This document shows positions 54,979 through 58,197 of a DNA stretch of 58,197 nucleotides, one piece after another (position 1 is the first letter of the stretch; the number at the start of each line of letters is the position of its first letter). This stretch comes from Actinomycetota bacterium. GTDB taxonomy: Bacteria > Actinomycetota > Acidimicrobiia > Spongiisociales > UBA4744. Made by a program: the position numbers and the translations under genes. Under the pieces are notes generated by a model. The model was not told the origin of the DNA. It saw only the letters and a program-made list of their open reading frames with translations, and ran no database searches. The stretch is taken from NCBI GenBank assembly GCA_013152275.1, contig JAADGS010000021.1:1-58197 (forward strand). Direction: 5' to 3'.

Positions 54979-56625
54979 TCAACTCGTCGTGACCGGCACC
55001 TCGTCCTCCACTGCAGACTCGATCGTCCGCAACAGCTCGGCGACCTGGAACGGCTTCGCGACGAACGCATCCATCCCTGCCCGCAGCACCTGGTCTGCAA
55101 CGTCGCCGGCGCCTTCGGCTGCCATGCCGATGATCGGGACCCTCGTTCGAGCGGATTCGCCCTGGCGAATCTCGGCCGCAACTTCCATGCCCCCGATGTC
55201 GGGAAGCCACAGATCCAGAAGGATGACGTCGAAGCGGTGCTCGCCCGCTGCTTTGAGAGCATCGAGTCCACAGTCGACGACATCGACACGATGACCACGA
55301 CGCTCGAGGATACGTTTGGCCACCATCCGATGTGTTGCGCTGTCGTCAACCACCAACAGGCTGAGATGGCGACGTCGCTCTCGAAGCCAGTGCTTGGTGA
55401 CCAGCGTCGAGAGGTCGACCGGGGACGGCCCGGTCAACACGGCCCGAATCGCTCCTTGCATCACGTCGTCGGTCAACGGTCTCGTCAGGTAACCCGCGAT
55501 GTTCAGGTCACGACACCGAACGGCGTCACCCCGCTGCCCGACGGAGGTGACGACGACGATGTGCATCTGCTCCAGATCCGCTCTCTGTCGAAGCTTGGCT
55601 GCGAACTCGAGCGAGTCACCGTTCAATGACACGACGGCCAGAGCGAATGGATGGTCCGTTGCAGCCGCAGTTCCCAGTGCACCGACGGCTTCTGTCGCGT
55701 TCTCCACACCGACCGGAGAAAGCCCGATGGCACCGATCGCATCCACGTACCCTTCGCGCACGAACTTGTTCTTGGCGATCACCAGCGCCGGAAGATCCTC
55801 CAGCTCGGAGCGTCCCCCCTCGCTGATGCTCACTGCACCTTTGTACACGCCGATCGGCACGATCACATGGAAGTCGGAGCCCTGTCCGAGTTTGCTGTCC
55901 GCCCAGATACGGCCGCCCATGAGTTCCACGAGCCGGCGGCATATCGCCAACCCGAGACCTGTGCCGTTGTTGCGCACCGCCGTCTCGTCGCCGGCCTGCT
56001 CATATGCCTCGAAGATCGAACCCAGCTGCTCCGCAGGAATACCAGGACCGCTGTCGCTGACCCGCAGATGAAGCGCAAGATCCGCGTCGGCCGAAGCATC
56101 CGTGGACACCGCCACGGAGACGGCGCCATCCCGAGTGAACTTCAGCGCGTTGCCGATCAGGTTGAGCAGGATCTGGCGAATACGGCCGGGGTCTCCGGTG
56201 ATCACCTCCGGAACGTCCTCACCAACCTCGAGTTCGAAACCGATGCCTTGGTCTTCGGCTTGGGCCGCGGAGAGCGCCGCGATGTCGTTGAGAAGATCGG
56301 AGAGATTGAACGGCACCGTCTCGATCTCGAGTTTTCCCGCCTCGATCTTCGACAAGTCCAAGAGATCGTTCACGAGCGTCAACAGGGCGTTGGCCGACGA
56401 CGCCGACAATCCGAGGTATTCACGCTGTTCGGGAGTCAGTTTCGTCTCGAGGGTGAGCTGGGTCATCCCGATGATTCCGGCGAGTTGCGTACGGATTTCG
56501 TGGCTGACGTCCGCAAGGAACCGCGACTTGGCCCGGTCGGCCCGCTCTGCCTCCTCGAGGCGCGAGGCAAGCCGCCGCTCCCACGAAGGCGGTTCCGGTG
56601 GCTGCGTGGTTTCTACCTCCTGCAC
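54979..56625 (-). CDS. Cytoplasmic hybrid histidine kinase (HisKA-HATPase-REC-REC)
   Basis: SHEIRT, NLIGNALKFT, GTGLGL, two receiver-like domains; no TM or sensor domain. Confidence 0.9.
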   Translation of the reverse strand: MQEVETTQPPEPPSWERRLASRLEEAERADRAKSRFLADVSHEIRTQLAGIIGMTQLTLETKLTPEQREYLGLSASSANALLTLVNDLLDLSKIEAGKLEIETVPFNLSDLLNDIAALSAAQAEDQGIGFELEVGEDVPEVITGDPGRIRQILLNLIGNALKFTRDGAVSVAVSTDASADADLALHLRVSDSGPGIPAEQLGSIFEAYEQAGDETAVRNNGTGLGLAICRRLVELMGGRIWADSKLGQGSDFHVIVPIGVYKGAVSISEGGRSELEDLPALVIAKNKFVREGYVDAIGAIGLSPVGVENATEAVGALGTAAATDHPFALAVVSLNGDSLEFAAKLRQRADLEQMHIVVVTSVGQRGDAVRCRDLNIAGYLTRPLTDDVMQGAIRAVLTGPSPVDLSTLVTKHWLRERRRHLSLLVVDDSATHRMVAKRILERRGHRVDVVDCGLDALKAAGEHRFDVILLDLWLPDIGGMEVAAEIRQGESARTRVPIIGMAAEGAGDVADQVLRAGMDAFVAKPFQVAELLRTIESAVEDEVPVTTS

Positions 56626-56736
56626 ATTCGTTCCTTCCCCGGCGACATGCAGTTACCGTGCTATCGACAATGTGTCGCGCGCAGTTGAACCTTTCCTTGG
56701 CTCAAGCTGCTCAAGTGTGCCATACAATCAGTACCG

Positions 56737-56810
<74 letters not shown>

Positions 56811-56826
56811 CCCGAATACCCCCTGG

Positions 56827-57099
56827 TCAGGTGCCAGGGGGTTCATGACCGCTCCACGAGGCCAATTCGAGCGGTTCTGTCCGTCGTTTGTCCGTCTGAG
56901 AATCGCGCAGCATCTGATCGAGACGCTTCACGATAGTGGCCACCTCCGAGGGGAACAGGCGACCGTACAGGTCCATGGTGACGGCGACCGACCTGTGGCC
57001 GAGGTGACGGTTGATGTGCTCAGGATGAGCGCCCGCTGCGACCATCAACGCGACAGCGATGTGTCTCAAGTCGTGGATGCGGAAGGTCCCCAGGGTCAC
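56827..57099 (-). pseudogene. C-terminal fragment of a tyrosine recombinase/integrase
   Basis: HDLRH, LGH and Y catalytic motifs in only 90 aa; points toward the tRNA 3' end. Confidence 0.85.
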
Positions 57100-57577
57100 A
57101 CCGAGAGAACGTCACCTTCGGACGGCTCCGCCCTCCCACCACGACCAGCTCTTCGCCCTCTACGGCCGGCCCTTCGATTCGGTCGTCCGGATCGAGCACT
57201 GCCGATTCAACTATCCCGACTCCACCAAACCCGGGGAACATCGGTCTCCGATGAACCCGGACCGGTTCAGTCAGGAACAACCAAGTCCGATCCCAACACT
57301 GTCAGACCTCGAGCGGGGAGCGCCGAGTGGTCGGGTTGAGGATGCTGCGGGGTGGGTCGGTGAGGCTTCGGTCGGTGTGATCATGCGTGGCTGCATTCCG
57401 TCCGGTTGGGATCTTCACCCAGATAGCGGCAGTACGAGCGCCAGTCTGTAGTCCGCGACCTACGATGCGCCCGTTGGTGCTCCGGATGTTGTGGAACTCG
57501 GACCGTCGAATCTGATCGCACCGACCGGCTTGGCACGCACTCATCGACGTGGCCCCTGTGGACATCGCCGACGACCT

Positions 57578-58197
57578 CTACTTCAGGAGATTCGTGACGA
57601 TGCCGTCTGCTGCAGCGTCCGATGCCACGTTGACCGTTCCTTGGTCGATGTCGATGATGAGTGCTTGGCCTTGCGCGAGTGACGACACCGCTTGGGCGAG
57701 CTTCGGGACGTCGATAAACCGTGCTGCAGCCGGAAGGTGGGAGTCGTCGGCAGGTTCGCTGTCCCAGGCGATCAGTTGCAGGGTTCCGTGACGAGGACGT
57801 ACGGCGTTGATATCGACGAAAGGGAACTTCTCGCCCAAGGAATACGGGCCGATGAACCCTGCAGGCGTGCGAAAGCCCACCGCCCGGTGGTCGCGGACAA
57901 AGCCAGGCGGAACGATGGCGAGCGCCCGAAACTCGACGAGGTCGAGTGCCTCCACGGCGCCGGCGGGCAGGTCTTCGGGCAGGACGAGTTGACGTCTCTC
58001 AGCAGGCGTGTCGAGGAATGCCTGCAGTGGATCCGGTGGAGTCTGGACGCGACCTTCCGCCTCCCAGGCTCGCTGGAGGATCGGGCTGGGGTCTGAACGT
58101 CCGCCGTTGGCGCGTTCGAACAGCTCTCTGGCGAGTGAACTCAGGGCGTTGCGAAGCGCCTCCGGACCCGACTCGCCTGGCCCGAGCAGGGTCTCAA
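57578..58197 (-). CDS. Hypothetical protein, 5'-partial (runs off the window)
   Basis: The frame of the 57578..57955 ORF has no stop up to the window end (translated by hand). Confidence 0.6.
   Translation of the reverse strand, partial: ETLLGPGESGPEALRNALSSLARELFERANGGRSDPSPILQRAWEAEGRVQTPPDPLQAFLDTPAERRQLVLPEDLPAGAVEALDLVEFRALAIVPPGFVRDHRAVGFRTPAGFIGPYSLGEKFPFVDINAVRPRHGTLQLIAWDSEPADDSHLPAAARFIDVPKLAQAVSSLAQGQALIIDIDQGTVNVASDAAADGIVTNLLK

Noticed and set aside
57126..57230. YoeB/Txe-like toxin fragment (..VVRIEHCRFNY)
   Set aside because: The resemblance is short and by eye only, with no start codon or antitoxin, so it cannot be supported.

Overview
High-GC chromosomal window from an actinobacterium, most likely an Acidimicrobiia-type genome (inferred from gene content and leaderless TANNNT promoters, not from a database search). 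Most of it is housekeeping: cofG/cofH, gap, ffh-rpsP-khpA-rimM, a nucleoside-salvage/ETF block, the recG-rsmD-coaD-yceD-rpmF-plsX-rnc-acyP-smc-ftsY-cdd string, rpmB, ddl/murF-like, fabI, a glutamate dehydrogenase, adnAB, dtd, plsB, an ECF sigma/anti-sigma pair, an ABC-2 exporter, three histidine kinases, and a tRNA(CAT) followed by an integrase remnant. The main unexplained feature is the ~1.1 kb interval 33470-34580. It has no credible protein gene but holds three tandem minus-strand transcription units for highly structured RNAs (two near-identical ~155 nt copies and one ~410 nt RNA). All three share a ~50 nt 3' terminator module with an invariant 14 nt loop and the same promoter geometry (TCGCGA-N15-TCGCGA-N20-TTGCnn-N17-TAAnnn). 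The array lies between two ~60% identical 89 aa proteins of unknown function and a divergent Fe-S PD-(D/E)XK nuclease. That nuclease and adnAB both carry a PafBC-type TGTCAC-N10-TANNNT promoter. All folds and promoters were read by eye; no searches were run.
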